From positions 30,173,584 through 30,237,583 of the forward strand of contig NC_068991.1 of NCBI RefSeq assembly GCF_001194135.2: a stretch of 64,000 nucleotides of DNA, given 5' to 3'. The notes below the pieces were generated by a model. It ran no database searches. It worked only from the letters and a program-made list of their open reading frames with translations, and was not told the DNA's origin. A program made the translations under genes and the position numbers. Positions within the stretch are counted from its first letter, which is position 1. Each line of letters starts with the position of its first letter. Origin of the DNA: Octopus bimaculoides. Lineage: Eukaryota. Below are positions 39,831 to 52,977 of the stretch, piece by piece.

Positions 39831-41074
39831 TGAACACAATAAGAACATAATGATTGCAAGACGTGTTTATTGTTTGACGACCTTCTCGAAATGGGAATCA
39901 AATTTCTTAAATTAGATCCCACTGCCTTCAAAAAGAAGGATAATAGACTGAGGCTAAAATAAAATTGAAACTAGTGTTCTCCTGTGAAATGTCTTTAAGA
40001 ACAAGCTTGCTTGATTAGAATTGCCCAGTGGTTAAACGATGAAGAATAACAACAGGACTAACGTCAACAGCAATAAGAACAATACAACAAACGTAGCACA
40101 AATTTAGAAACAATAACAAAACCAATGACATTATCAGTAATAACGTCAACAACAGCAGCATCAATAACGCAATAAGAATAACTTCAACAATTAAAATAAC
40201 GTCAGTAACAAAAACAATATAAAGAACACGAATAACGCTACAAACAACACCAGCATCAATGAGAGCAACGTCTACAACAATATCAAGAATAGAAGACTGA
40301 AAATTACTAACGGAGGAAGAAGCGTCAAATTCGATAAGACACTAAATTTCGCTGTTTGAAATGTTGATGTAATCTATATTTAAAGAGAAGAATTAAGAAT
40401 TATCCGCCGAACTAAATGTTATTGAACAAGCAAGGAAGAAACGGTGAATACAACGGATAAATTACTAAAAACAGTATATATGTATATATATATATATTGT
40501 AAATTAGGCAATTAATTAGTGAAGAAGAATAAAAGACGAGAAGAATAAAACCACGAGATAATTATTTTAGTGGTTTCTATTTCCTTGGATCATAGCCAAA
40601 TATATATAAACAAGATCGTGGATCGGTTTCAACGATGAATACATATTATTCGATTAACGCAAAATGGTTGAGTATCGCACTGATATGTGTTTACTTAATG
40701 TAACCCTCAGCTACAGTCAGTGTGACACGGTTATAGTATCTTTTAATCCCTACTATGGTCCATCTGATGAGCTTCCACACATATTCCTATTGCTACTTTC
40801 ATTCACAAGGCTAGGCAATGGCAGAAGGCACTAATCCGAGACTGTGTGATTGTAAAAAGAGTTTCGCCACTTGTTCTGTCATTAAATATCATTTTATAAA
40901 CAATAAGTTGTATAGCTAGATGACTGTTGTTACCTTTTATTTATTTAGAAAGTGCATTTTTCTTCTGTTTTCTTATTCTTCTTCCCCTTTCTCTTCTCCT
41001 GCTCCTCATTGCCTCTCAACGACAAAGATTCGAAGATAAGGAGATCAGAATAGAAAATCGAAAGAAAACAAGCT

Positions 41075-41290
41075 ATATCTTTTACTTTTTATATTTTACT
41101 TGATTCTATCATTAGACTGTTGTCATGCTGGGGCACCGTTTGAAAGATTTTTAGACGAATGTATCGACCTTGTACTTACCTTTTTAAAACCTGGTTTTAT
41201 ACTACCAGTGTACTTTTACTGAATCGCTAAGTTACAAAGACGTAAACTCAGAAGCAGCGGTTGTCAAACACGGACTCAGAAACAAACGCG
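41075..41290 (-). mobile_element. SINE family B, 3' half (old)
   Basis: TTTTACTTG...CATGCTGGGGCACCG...CTAAGTTACAAAGACGTAAAC...GGTTGTCAA. Confidence 0.75.
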
Positions 41291-41322
41291 CGCACGCGCA
41301 CGCACACACACACGTGTGCAGA

Positions 41323-41448
41323 TGCAAGCGTGGCTGTGTGGTAAGAAGCTTGCTTCCCAACCACATGGTTCCTGGTTCAGTCCCACTGTGTGGCACCTTG
41401 GGCAAGTGTCAGTGGATTTGGTAGACGGAAACTGGAAACCCGTCGTAT
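41323..41448 (+). mobile_element. SINE family B, 5' half with an internal deletion
   Basis: GCGTGGCTGTGTGGTAAGAAGCTTGCTTCCCAACCACATGGTTCCTGGTTCAGTCCCACTGTGTGGCACCTTGGGCAAGTGTC//AGTGGATTTGGTAGACGGAAACTG. Confidence 0.9.
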
Positions 41449-41939
41449 ATATATATATACGTGTGTGTTTGTGTGTGTGTGTGTGTGTNNNNNNNNNNNN
41501 NNNNNNNNNNNNNNNNNNNNNNNNNNNNNNNNNNNNNNNNNNNNNNNNNNNNNNNNNNNNNNNNNNNNNNNNNNNNNNNNNNNNNNNNNNNNNNNNNNNN
41601 NNNNNNNNNNNNNNNNNNNNNNNNNNNNNNNNNNNNNNNNNNNNNNNNNNNNNNNNNNNNNNNNNNNNNNNNNNNNNNNNNNNNNNNNTATATATATTAC
41701 CACACACCCACAACTGTGCCTATGCTAAATAAACAAATACATTATATTGGCGTATTTATGATGACTTATGATGCGTTAGTAATAAGTTGAGAGTTAGCCT
41801 TTATGATACTAGATGAGTTCTGAGCGGTGGTGGGAGAGTCTACAAGGTTTGGTTGACAACAATAGGAAGATGAACTCAACTATTGAGTTATCCTGATATC
41901 TGGGACGTATTCTCAATGTTTTCCATAGAGTGAACCTTG

Positions 41940-42260
41940 CTAAAGGCAGTTAAGGGATATAAACACACCAACACCAGCTGTCAAGTGGTGATGGGGGCAA
42001 ATACACATACACACACACGCACACATGCACACACACACGCACACATGCACACACACACGTGTGTGCGTACATGTGTGTGTGGGGGGGGGAGAAAGAGAGA
42101 CGGGTTTCTTTCAGTTTCTGTCTACCAAATCCACTCACAAAGCTTTGGTCGGCTCGAGGCTTTAGCTGAAGATATTTGGTGAAAGTGCCACGCAGTGGAA
42201 CTGAACCCCGAACCTTGTAGTTGGGTAGCAAGCATCTCACCATACAGCCCCGCCTGCACC
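41940..42260 (-). mobile_element. SINE family B, lacking the tail
   Basis: Head, core and internal (CA)-type microsatellite match family B. Confidence 0.85.
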
Positions 42261-42680
42261 TGATATTAATATCATTAAATAATTTGTTTTTTTAGTTTAC
42301 TTTATATTTCGTTATAATACATGACATTTCTATGCTAACCCATAACTATAATTTCTAACATTTTCACTACTTAGAGCACTTCATATCTTTCTAAACACAT
42401 TTAATCATTTAAATCATTCTGCCTATATTTACATCATTTTTCTCTTTCATGATTTTCTATTGTGCTTGTACTGTTAAACCAATGATAACTGGAGCAAAGT
42501 AATCCATACTCTCGAAAGGATTTGGGAAGTGTTATTCTCTTTACATCATGGCAGAAGCATTGTGCCTGAAAGGCAATTGTATATCATACATATACTTCGT
42601 TTCACATAGGGCGCTAATCTAATTATCTGAAGATTTGTCTCAGTTAATGCTCAGATATGAAATGATGCGTTCATTTATAT

Positions 42681-42729
<49 letters not shown>

Positions 42730-42837
42730 GNNNNNNNNNNNNNNNNNNNNNNNNNNNNNNNNNNNNNNNNNNNNNNNNNNNNNNNNNNNNNNNNNNNNNN
42801 NNNNNNNNNNNNNNNNNNNNNNNNNNNNNNNNNNNNN

Positions 42838-42915
<78 letters not shown>

Positions 42916-43107
42916 GCATATGCATATACATATGCATATGCATGTGTGTGTGAGTGAGTATTACTCTGCATTTGTAATGAGCTCTAATTTTTTGATGATG
43001 TAACTCTTTTGGAGTTAGCATGATCAAAAGTGCAAATGTGTGTGTTTATATTTATGTGCGATGAAAACTTTTCACGCCCAATAACATCTGACTCTATCAG
43101 CATCAGC

Positions 43108-43138
<31 letters not shown>

Positions 43139-43572
43139 GTGAACATAGGCGGCAACAGTAAAAAACAACAGTAACGACATGATGTTTCATAAATATGCAG
43201 CAAGTTCAGTCGATCTTAATTGATAACCAATACAGGTTGTGTCTACCATACAAGAAACACAACATGGTCTCTCTGCCCGTCATGCTCTAAGTTCACCAGC
43301 TAAACCTATCTTTTCCACCACCGATTGCCTTTTTCGTTTTTGATGTTACACAACTACCTTATTCCGCTTTTACTGGGGGGCTTTGTCTATGCATAATAAC
43401 TATATTCACTACAGACCGGTTGTCCAGGAGTTTTGTCGCATGACCAAACCACGTCACATAACAAAAACCACGTCATCATTACACAAAGCCATTTCCCTCT
43501 CTATCATATTCAAAGTAATATTCTTTTCGTTCTCCTCCATTGTCCACATTCCTACCTGCAATCTTAGCAGAA

Positions 43573-43614
<42 letters not shown>

Positions 43615-43658
43615 NNNNNNNNNNNNNNNNNNNNNNNNNNNNNNNNNNCTTAGCAGAA

Positions 43659-43707
<49 letters not shown>

Positions 43708-43726
43708 GTGCAACCCCCATATATAC

Positions 43727-43778
<52 letters not shown>

Positions 43779-44556
43779 GCAGTACATGCATGTATGTCTG
43801 TACATACACACATACACATATACACATATACACACACACACACATATACACACATATATACATGTATACATACCCATATAATCACACACTCACGCACATT
43901 CATATATACATATACACGTGTGCGTGGGTGTTTATTTATTTATATATGCGTTAAAAAAACATCGTGAACAATATACGAGTATATAATAATGGGGTGAAAT
44001 TCCTTTATTTATTTTTAAATCTCATAACTTATTTCAGATAACTCTGCTACGTCTAGTCCCTTGTTTCTAATACTTACACGTTGTTTCAATAAAGCTAGCA
44101 GCTACATAAATAAACAAATATATAATTTAATAAAATGGACACACCTATTCTATGTTGAAATCAGCTCTCAAAAAATAGTCATAGTTTTCTGAGTTTTCTT
44201 TATAACATTTTATTCAATATGGCGTTGAATGACATACGCTAAATAAGCAGAAATTAATTCCAATATATTTTGTCGTAGAACTTGGAGATGAGATAAAGCA
44301 AAAATAAATATTTCTACGATTAGCTACGAGAAGAACTAAAAAGAAGGAATGAAATAAATTATAAATAAAAAGTAAATAAAACCACACGAAGACATTTAAA
44401 CATTTTTATTTGAGTAGACATTAAAAGAATTTGCAATGAATTTCCAGTTGCTAAAACGGGCGGTTCACATTAGCGAATCCAATGAAAGGAAAGAGAATTA
44501 CAGATATTGGTTACTTGTTGACGACGAAGCTAGTGTTTTTTTTTCGTTTTTGTTAG

Positions 44557-44621
<65 letters not shown>

Positions 44622-44751
44622 CAGGGAACTTTTGCTTTAAATTTTACCTTTCTTTCTTCTGTGTCGTTTTAAGTTTTCGAGAATCACTTTATAATTTCAG
44701 AAAATGCAAACCCGCTTATATTATATTATATTCTTATTTTTAAGTCCAACG

Positions 44752-44945
44752 GAAGGGACGAGCTAGCAGAGTTGTTAGAGCATCGGAAGAAAACATTTTG
44801 TTGCATTCGTTTCGGTTCCTTACGATCTGAGTTCAAATCACATTGAGATCAACTTCATTTTTTATCATTCTGGTTTTGATAAAACAAAGTACCGGTGAAG
44901 CACTCTTCCCCATCAAAATTGCTGATCATCCGGCTGAATTAGAAG
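44752..44945 (+). mobile_element. SINE family A, old diverged copy
   Basis: GAGCTAGCAGAGTTGTTAGAGCATCGG...CTGAGTTCAAATC...AAAGTACC...AAAATTGCTG. Confidence 0.65.
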
Positions 44946-45425
44946 CCATGTTTTACTCTGGCGCTTCACTCATGATACTGTGACCATGCTAAAAAACCAT
45001 CCTCAAGGGCTTTAGCCGTTTATATCAAATAAAAAATGTTGTATGACACATAATTTATGACACTCTGAATAGAACAAAAGCCGAAATGAAATTATACAGA
45101 TTAAGATATCAGGGAGTATTCAAATACTCCGAAGTATCTTCACTATTTTACATCTACACATACACATACTTACATCCACAGTATTTAATAATAAATCCAT
45201 TCCTTTTTTTCACCATAATTTAACTATGACGAATCCTCTCCTTCCTTTTTCGCACAATTAAAAATCCGTTTACCTCAGTTATCTACATTAAAAATATCAA
45301 TGAGTTTAGTACTCTCACATTAGTCTCTGATATAAGTTCCATCAATAGAACCAAATACCTGATTTCTTTGAAAAGCTCAGACAGAGCAAAACATGTGACT
45401 CTCTGTATGTAACGAACCACATGTA

Positions 45426-46420
45426 CAGAGTGTCCCGAAATTAAGGCAACTAAAGTTTCGGGCATTATTAACTATTAATAAACGTGATAAGATATGAAAA
45501 TTATACCCATTATAATAGCTTAGTGTAACTTCTTCTTGTTTCAGACTAAATAAATTCAGATTTATAAATCAGATAATGGTTATAGACGGAAATACAATCA
45601 TAATCCTCCACAAAGGAGGCGAAAGTAACACAGCTACAGCAAAAATGCTTAAAATTAATCGAATGACAGTCTGGAAAATTGTCAAAAAATTTCAAGAGAA
45701 TGGCTCCAATGCTGGTCGACTTGGACGTGGCCGAAAAAAAAGTGTACTGACACCTCAGCTTATCAAAAGTGCCAGAGAAAAGATACGGCGAAATCCTCGT
45801 TGTTCTGTCAGAAAACTGGCTGTCACAGTAAAAATAAGCCGAAGATCAATGTGTCGAGTACTGAAGGAGCGTCTCGGGAGTCAACCCTACAAGATGATCC
45901 ACCGTCATGAGCTCATGCAAGTTTATAAGGCCATGAGACAGGAAGAAAGTCGTCTTATCCTGCGTCAGATTGCTAAAGGCACGTTGTCCGACCTGTTGTT
46001 CACTGATGAAAAGAACGAACAACGGACAGTAAACTACCAGAATGACCGACTTTGGAGTATATCTAGCTCCGTCGAGAGTAGACTCGTAAATTGACGTCAA
46101 AATCCACTGGAAAGTCTCCCCTCATTTTTGTGCTCTCGGCTGTTAAAATTAACACCTAGCGATGAATTAGCGACATTCTGGAAGCTAAACTGCTTTCATG
46201 ACCAAATGAGCACTATCATGGCGCACCTTGGAGTCTCCAACAAGAGTCGGCACCATCTCCTAGCTCCACACAGACACAACGCTGGATTCAGAAAAACATT
46301 GTCGTTCATAGGCAAGAATGTATAGCCCTCAAGAAGCCCCGATCTCAAGCCGTTGGATTTCTCAGTCTGGTCTATTTTGAAGACAGTCTCGAGCACTTCT
46401 CATGCTTCGCTTGAAACGCT
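45426..46420 (+). mobile_element. maT-like Tc1/mariner transposon, 3' end lost into (TG)n and a gap
   Basis: TA|CAGAGTGTCCCGAAATTAAGGCAAC left terminus, followed by the transposase remnant. Confidence 0.85.
45576..46420 (+). pseudogene. maT-type (probable DD37D) transposase pseudogene
   Basis: 172-aa open N-terminus with HTH-like sequence, GRGRKKSV, RRNP and LLFTDEK. Then GKSPLIFV..VKIN, QQ(D>E)SAP..., *PSRSPDLKPLDFSVWSIL; spacing is about 37 once one frameshift is allowed. Confidence 0.88.
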
Positions 46421-46453
46421 GTGTGTGTGTGTGTGTGTGTGTGNNNNNNNNNN

Positions 46454-46497
<44 letters not shown>

Positions 46498-46857
46498 ATG
46501 TATATACTAACAAAGCAAACAACAGGTTGTACGGCGTGCTATATGAATAAATCAAAGATAGGACAGAAAGAGCAGAAGCAGAAATCAACAAAACACAACA
46601 TGCGAAAAAACAGGCAGTAACACAACAAACGGCAAACAGAACAAAAACAAGATACAGGGATCATTCGCAGCCGATTTCCTTCTCAGTCGGTCTCCAGAAA
46701 GTCCTTGTAGTTTCGCACTCATTTATATCTTAGACTACTCGAATCCGGCGAGTGCCAGGGACTTAAGTTAAAAGCATTAAGCCTCTGGGAAAGGAAAACG
46801 AATGTTTACAAAAACGGAAACAAAAACAGGGAAGCTAGAATTAAAGACGTACAACAA

Positions 46858-47054
46858 CGCCTTTCGGCTATACAATAGAAGGGAAAACAATTGTACATAT
46901 ACGAATACAAATAAATAAACAACAGAAAGGGTCTTTCGAATATCGGACGAACGTAACGTTATGAAATAATAATGCAAATGCAGCAGAAAAAGAATTATAC
47001 ATATATAATGGACAAGCGCCTTTCGGCTATACAACAAAGGGAAATAATTGTACA
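46858..47054. repeat. About 40-bp direct repeat with a 159-bp period
   Basis: CGCCTTTCGGCTATACAATAGAAGGGAAAACAATTGTACA at 46858 and CGCCTTTCGGCTATACAACAAAGGGAAATAATTGTACA at 47017. Confidence 0.85.
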
Positions 47055-47387
47055 ATTATAACTAATAAATAATAAGAAGTAGAAAGCTGGCCGAAAAGAA
47101 AAATGAAAAATCTTAACAGACTGGGTGGGAGGACAGACAAACGTGATCAGCCTTAAAGGTAGCTGGTCGGAAAAGGACGACAATGCCTTAGCCGGACAGC
47201 GATCACGTGGTTGGAAAGGGAAAGAGTTGAAGAAGGCAGGGAGACTAAGGAATAGGAGAGAGGGTAAACAAATCAGAGGGACTAAGGAATGAGAGGGGGA
47301 AAGAGAGAGAGAGAAAACACACACATACACACATAAAAAGCGCATAAACATATATGTTATACAACATGTAACATTGACATACATTAA

Positions 47388-47569
47388 TCGGAGTAACCCG
47401 GCAAGCCACGTGTACTATGTTATTTGCTTCCTGAACGGTAATCGAGGCACAAGCCACCGTCCATTACTTGGCAACAGGTTCACACACCGGCTGATGAAGA
47501 GTGGCACGCACGTTGGTTACCGATTGGATATAGGATAATTAATACCTGTGGCTTGCCGGGATACTCCGA
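47388..47569. repeat. About 180-bp element with terminal inverted repeats
   Basis: CGGAGTAACCCGGCAAGCCACG (47389-47410) versus the reverse complement of TGTGGCTTGCCGGGATACTCCG (47547-47568): 20 of 22 match. Confidence 0.85.
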
Positions 47570-47682
47570 GTGGTGCGCATAAGAATTCCTTGTCTGTATA
47601 ATATATTAGATATGATCTTTATTTCAGTTTCAATGATATTGAGGACTACATTTTTTGGTGTTACACTCGCGGTTAATCGTTT

Positions 47683-47716
<34 letters not shown>

Positions 47717-48139
47717 CATACATACATACATACATACATACAATACATACGTGCATACATACACACATAGACATATGTATGTATCTGTCTGTGTGTATGT
47801 ATGTGTGTGTGTATGTATATGTAAGTAAGACTTTCGAAGAATTTTGAAGCGCACATTCATTCCACCATCCTATTATTTCGATACACAATTCTTTTCCGAT
47901 AACAAGCGAAATTTATATCATTTATACATGCATATATAGGCAAATATAATATTTGTCAACTTTTGTCCAGGGCGGACAATCCCTTACAGAATGTCAGCTA
48001 TCAACACTGTAGGCATGTGGCTAAGTGACTGTAGGCTTGTGGCTAGTCGTGAGGTCTGTAATGATAAACTGAGATGCATTGCAGGGCCTCCGAAGAAAGT
48101 CCCTGGAAATTGTATATACCTCAAATTGTACGAAGTATG

Positions 48140-48627
<488 letters not shown>

Positions 48628-48913
48628 GCAAGTTCTTGTTCTCTTCCAAGCCATCTTTCACAAGTATTTCATAGGGACTGAAACATGCAAAGATGTTGTA
48701 GACTTCAACATATGGTCCTGTGACTTCTCCACTAAACCAGAAGCAATTTGCTTCTCGCACACATCTGCCTTCAATCAACTTCTGTTGTTGCTACTCAATG
48801 ATTCTCTTAATCTAATATAAGGGCCTTTTGTTCGAACAGTCACACCATTTCTTGTCTACCCTACTACACTGACACACCTACTCAACAATTTCTGACGTAT
48901 GCAAAATATACTA

Positions 48914-48957
<44 letters not shown>

Positions 48958-49384
48958 NNNNNNNNNNNNNNNNNNNNNNNNNNNNNNNNNNNNNNNNNNN
49001 NNNNNNNNNNNNNNNNNNNNNNNNNNNNNNNNNNNNNNNNNNNNNNNNNNNNNNNNNNNNNNNNNNNNNNNNNNNNNNNNNNNNNNNNNNNNNNNNNNNN
49101 NNNNNNNNNNNNNNNNNNNNNNNNNNNNNNNNNNNNNNNNNNNNNNNNNNNNNNNNNNNNNNNNNNNNNNNNNNNNNNNNNNNNNNNNNNNNNNNNNNNN
49201 NNNNNNNNNNNNNNNNNNNNNNNNNNNNNNNNNNNNNNNNNNNNNNNNNNNNNNNNNNNNNNNNNNNNNNNNNNNNNNNNNNNNNNNNNNNNNNNNNNNN
49301 NNNNNNNNNNNNNNNNNNNNNNNNNNNNNNNNNNNNNNNNNNNNNNNNNNNNNNNNNNNNNNNNNNNNNNNNNNNNNNNNNNNN

Positions 49385-49420
<36 letters not shown>

Positions 49421-49810
49421 TCTTTTACTCTTTTACTTGTTTCAGTCATTTGACTGCGGCCATGCTGGAGCACCGCCTTTAGTCGAGCAAATCGAACACA
49501 GGACTTATTCTTTGGAAGCCTAGTACTTATTCTATCTGTCTCTTTTTGCCGAACCACTAAGTTACGGTGACGTAAACACACCAGCTTCGATTGTCAAGCG
49601 ATGGTGGGGAGACAAACAGACACACACATATATATATACACATATAATACGACGGGCTTCTTTCAGTTTCCGTCTACCAAATCCACTCACAAGACTTTGG
49701 TCGGCCCGTGGCTATAGTAGAAGATGCTTCCCCAAGGTGCCACGCAGTGGGACTGAACCCGGAACCATGTGGTTGGTAGGCAACCTACTTACCACACAGC
49801 CACTCGCGCC
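49421..49810 (-). mobile_element. SINE family B, full length and well preserved
   Basis: Minus strand GGCGCGAGTGGCTGTGTGGTAAG...CCGGGTTCAGTCCCACTGCGTGGCACCTTGGGAAGC...tail GACTGAAACAAGTAAAAGAGTAAAAGA. Confidence 0.95.
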
Positions 49811-49994
49811 CATGTATGCATGTATATATCAAAGTGTGTGTGTGTACATATATGCTTACATATATACGTCCCCACATACTCAGATGCATGCATACATATA
49901 CACACAAATTCATACAATCACTCGCATACATAAATCGTGAAGAGGTGTAAGCGGCTCTTTTAAAATGTTAAATAAAATAGCGGCTTTACTCTCG

Positions 49995-50099
49995 CTCTTC
50001 TTCTTCTTCTTCTTCTTCTTCTTCTTCTTCTTCTTCTTCTTCTTCTTCTTCTTCTTCTTCTTCTTCTTCTTCTTCTTCTTCTTCTTCTTCTTCTTCTTC
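49995..50099. repeat. Pure (TTC)n microsatellite running into a gap
   Basis: Directly visible. Confidence 0.97.
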
Positions 50100-51115
50100 N
50101 NNNNNNNNNNNNNNNNNNNNNNNNNNNNNNNNNNNNNNNNNNNNNNNNNNNNNNNNNNNNNNNNNNNNNNNNNNNNNNNNNNNNNNNNNNNNNNNNNNNN
50201 NNNNNNNNNNNNNNNNNNNNNNNNNNNNNNNNNNNNNNNNNNNNNNNNNNNNNNNNNNNNNNNNNNNNNNNNNNNNNNNNNNNNNNNNNNNNNNNNNNNN
50301 NNNNNNNNNNNNNNNNNNNNNNNNNNNNNNNNNNNNNNNNNNNNNNNNNNNNNNNNNNNNNNNNNNNNNNNNNNNNNNNNNNNNNNNNNNNNNNNNNNNN
50401 NNNNNNNNNNNNNNNNNNNNNNNNNNNNNNNNNNNNNNNNNNNNNNNNNNNNNNNNNNNNNNNNNNNNNNNNNNNNNNNNNNNNNNNNNNNNNNNNNNNN
50501 NNNNNNNNNNNNNNNNNNNNNNNNNNNNNNNNNNNNNNNNNTATATATACATTAACACATTCGTATACGTGCATGTCCCATAGCAACCTATAAAAATCTT
50601 TCGGATGTTGTCTTCATTGACCTCGCTAGAATTAGTTAAGCCACAGTTTTACTATGTGAAAATGATTTTCGCTGAGTAGTGAAATCCTTGGTCCTTTGTA
50701 GTGATTGGGCCCCATAGGTGTTCGCGGGCGACAATAAACTACAAGTTTATGACAGAGGTTCATTTAAATTCTTATTTTATTGACTTTATTTTTAGAAATG
50801 TGTTTGTTACAATTATTTTTTAGAAACTATTTTATTCGTTGACATTTAGTGTTTTGTTACATGTTTGCTTTGAAAGGTTCTGAACTCACATAAATGCGTA
50901 ACTTTATGTTTGGCGATATAATCTGTTTATATATTTATTTTGTTAAATAAATATACAGTACTAGAGCTAAATCAAAAATAAGGTATTTAAATAATATATT
51001 GCACAGTGAGGAGCAGAATTATAAAATCAAATTATACGAAGTTTTGACTGTCTGTGTGTGATGTGGTCATATGTAAATATGTGTGTATATGTGTTTGGAT
51101 ATGTATATACATACA

Positions 51116-51151
<36 letters not shown>

Positions 51152-52774
51152 TATATATANNNNNNNNNNNNNNNNNNNNNNNNNNNNNNNNNNNNNNNNN
51201 NNNNNNNNNNNNNNNNNNNNNNNNNNNNNNNNNNNNNNNNNNNNNNNNNNNNNNNNNNNNNNNNNNNNNNNNNNNNNNNNNNNNNNNNNNNNNNNNNNNN
51301 NNNNNNNNNNNNNNNNNNNNNNNNNNNNNNNNNNNNNNNNNNNNNNNNNNNNNNNNNNNNNNNNNNNNNNNNNNNNNNNNNNNNNNNNNNNNNNNNNNNN
51401 NNNNNNNNNNNNNNNNNNNNNNNNNNNNNNNNNNNNNNNNNNNNNNNNNNNNNNNNNNNNNNNNNNNNNNNNNNNNNNNNNNNNNNNNNNNNNNNNNNNN
51501 NNNNNNNNNNNNNNNNNNNNNNNNNNNNNNNNNNNNNNNNNNNNNNNNNNNNNNNNNNNNNNNNNNNNNNNNNNNNNNNNNNNNNNNNNNNNNNNNNNNN
51601 NNNNNNNNNNNNNNNNNNNNNNNNNNNNNNNNNNNNNNNNNNNNNNNNNNNNNNNNNNNNNNNNNNNNNNNNNNNNNNNNNNNNNNNNNNNNNNNNNNNN
51701 NNNNNNNNNNNNNNNNNNNNNNNNNNNNNNNNNNNNNNNNNNNNNNNNNNNNNNNNNNNNNNNNNNNNNNNNNNNNNNNNNNNNNNNNNNNNNNNNNNNN
51801 NNNNNNNNNNNNNNNNNNNNNNNNNNNNNNNNNNNNNNNNNNNNNNNNNNNNNNNNNNNNNNNNNNNNNNNNNNNNNNNNNNNNNNNNNNNNNNNNNNNN
51901 NNNNNNNNNNNNNNNNNNNNNNNNNNNNNNNNNNNNNNNNNNNNNNNNNNNNNNNNNNNNNNNNNNNNNNNNNNNNNNNNNNNNNNNNNNNNNNTATATA
52001 TATATATATATATATATATATGACAAAGGAATAAACGATTACCGTTTAAAATTTATTAGCTTACAGTGTTTCTGCTATAAGATGCAATGAACTTGTAGAT
52101 TAGTGCTTGAGTGACGTAACACCTTATAGCTTCATCAGAGCCTCAAATATGAAGTGTATTTTACTTGGGAATAGAATAACATTTATGCATATATGTATAT
52201 ATACAGGAAAAAGCATTACCAATGAGAAAGCCAACATGTAAGTCAGGAATGATAGTCAAAGAACTTTCCCTAGATATAATAAGATTAATTTTAAAAGCGT
52301 ATATAAAGATTTAGATAAAGGATAATATTTCCCTCGCATAGCATTTCCTTCATTAACTCAGTGCGAGTAATTAGTAAATATCGCCCCAGGTTGGTCAAAT
52401 ATTGACTAGTGAAACCAGTTAGTGAATAAAGAAAAACCAGTCACAAGAGTCAAAATAAGACACATGATGGAGCAGCGAATATGTTCATACTGTTTGAACT
52501 GAAATTTGTGTCGATGGTGTTTTGAATTAAACTCAGGCTAGATTTAATTGAGAAGGCTCATCACCAATATATTCCTGACATGACCAATTCACAGTATATC
52601 TAGGACAACATTATCTGATATATCCTTCGATTTTTACAAGATTGTTACAGGTCGAGTAACCATATGAAGTCTCTTCCACTAATTGTGACTTGAATTTGTT
52701 CTGGAGAGAAATTTACGTCGACATGTTTTGGAATTTTGTCAATACGATCAGTTAATATGATAGGACTAACTAGA

Positions 52775-52977
52775 GCGGTGAGCTGGCAGAATCGTTAGCA
52801 CGCCAGGCAAAATGCTTAGCAGTATTTTGTCCATCTTTACATCGAAATTCCGCTGAGGTCGACTTTGTCTTTTATCTTTTCGGTGTCGGTGAAATAAGTG
52901 CCAGTTGAGTATTGGGGTCGATGTAATCGACTTATCCCCTATCCCGAAATTGCTGGCCTTATGCCAAACTTAAAACC
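52775..52977 (+). mobile_element. SINE family A, full length
   Basis: GCGGTGAGCTGGCAGAATCGTTAGCACGCCAGGC...TTGCTGGCCTTATGCCAAACTTAAAACC. Confidence 0.92.

Noticed and set aside
43383-43967. 194-aa ORF
   Set aside because: Mostly microsatellite and spans a gap; the N-terminal part has no recognisable motif.
49700-49810. tRNA-like A/B boxes as a tRNA gene
   Set aside because: They are SINE heads continuing into SINE core and tail; no complete cloverleaf.
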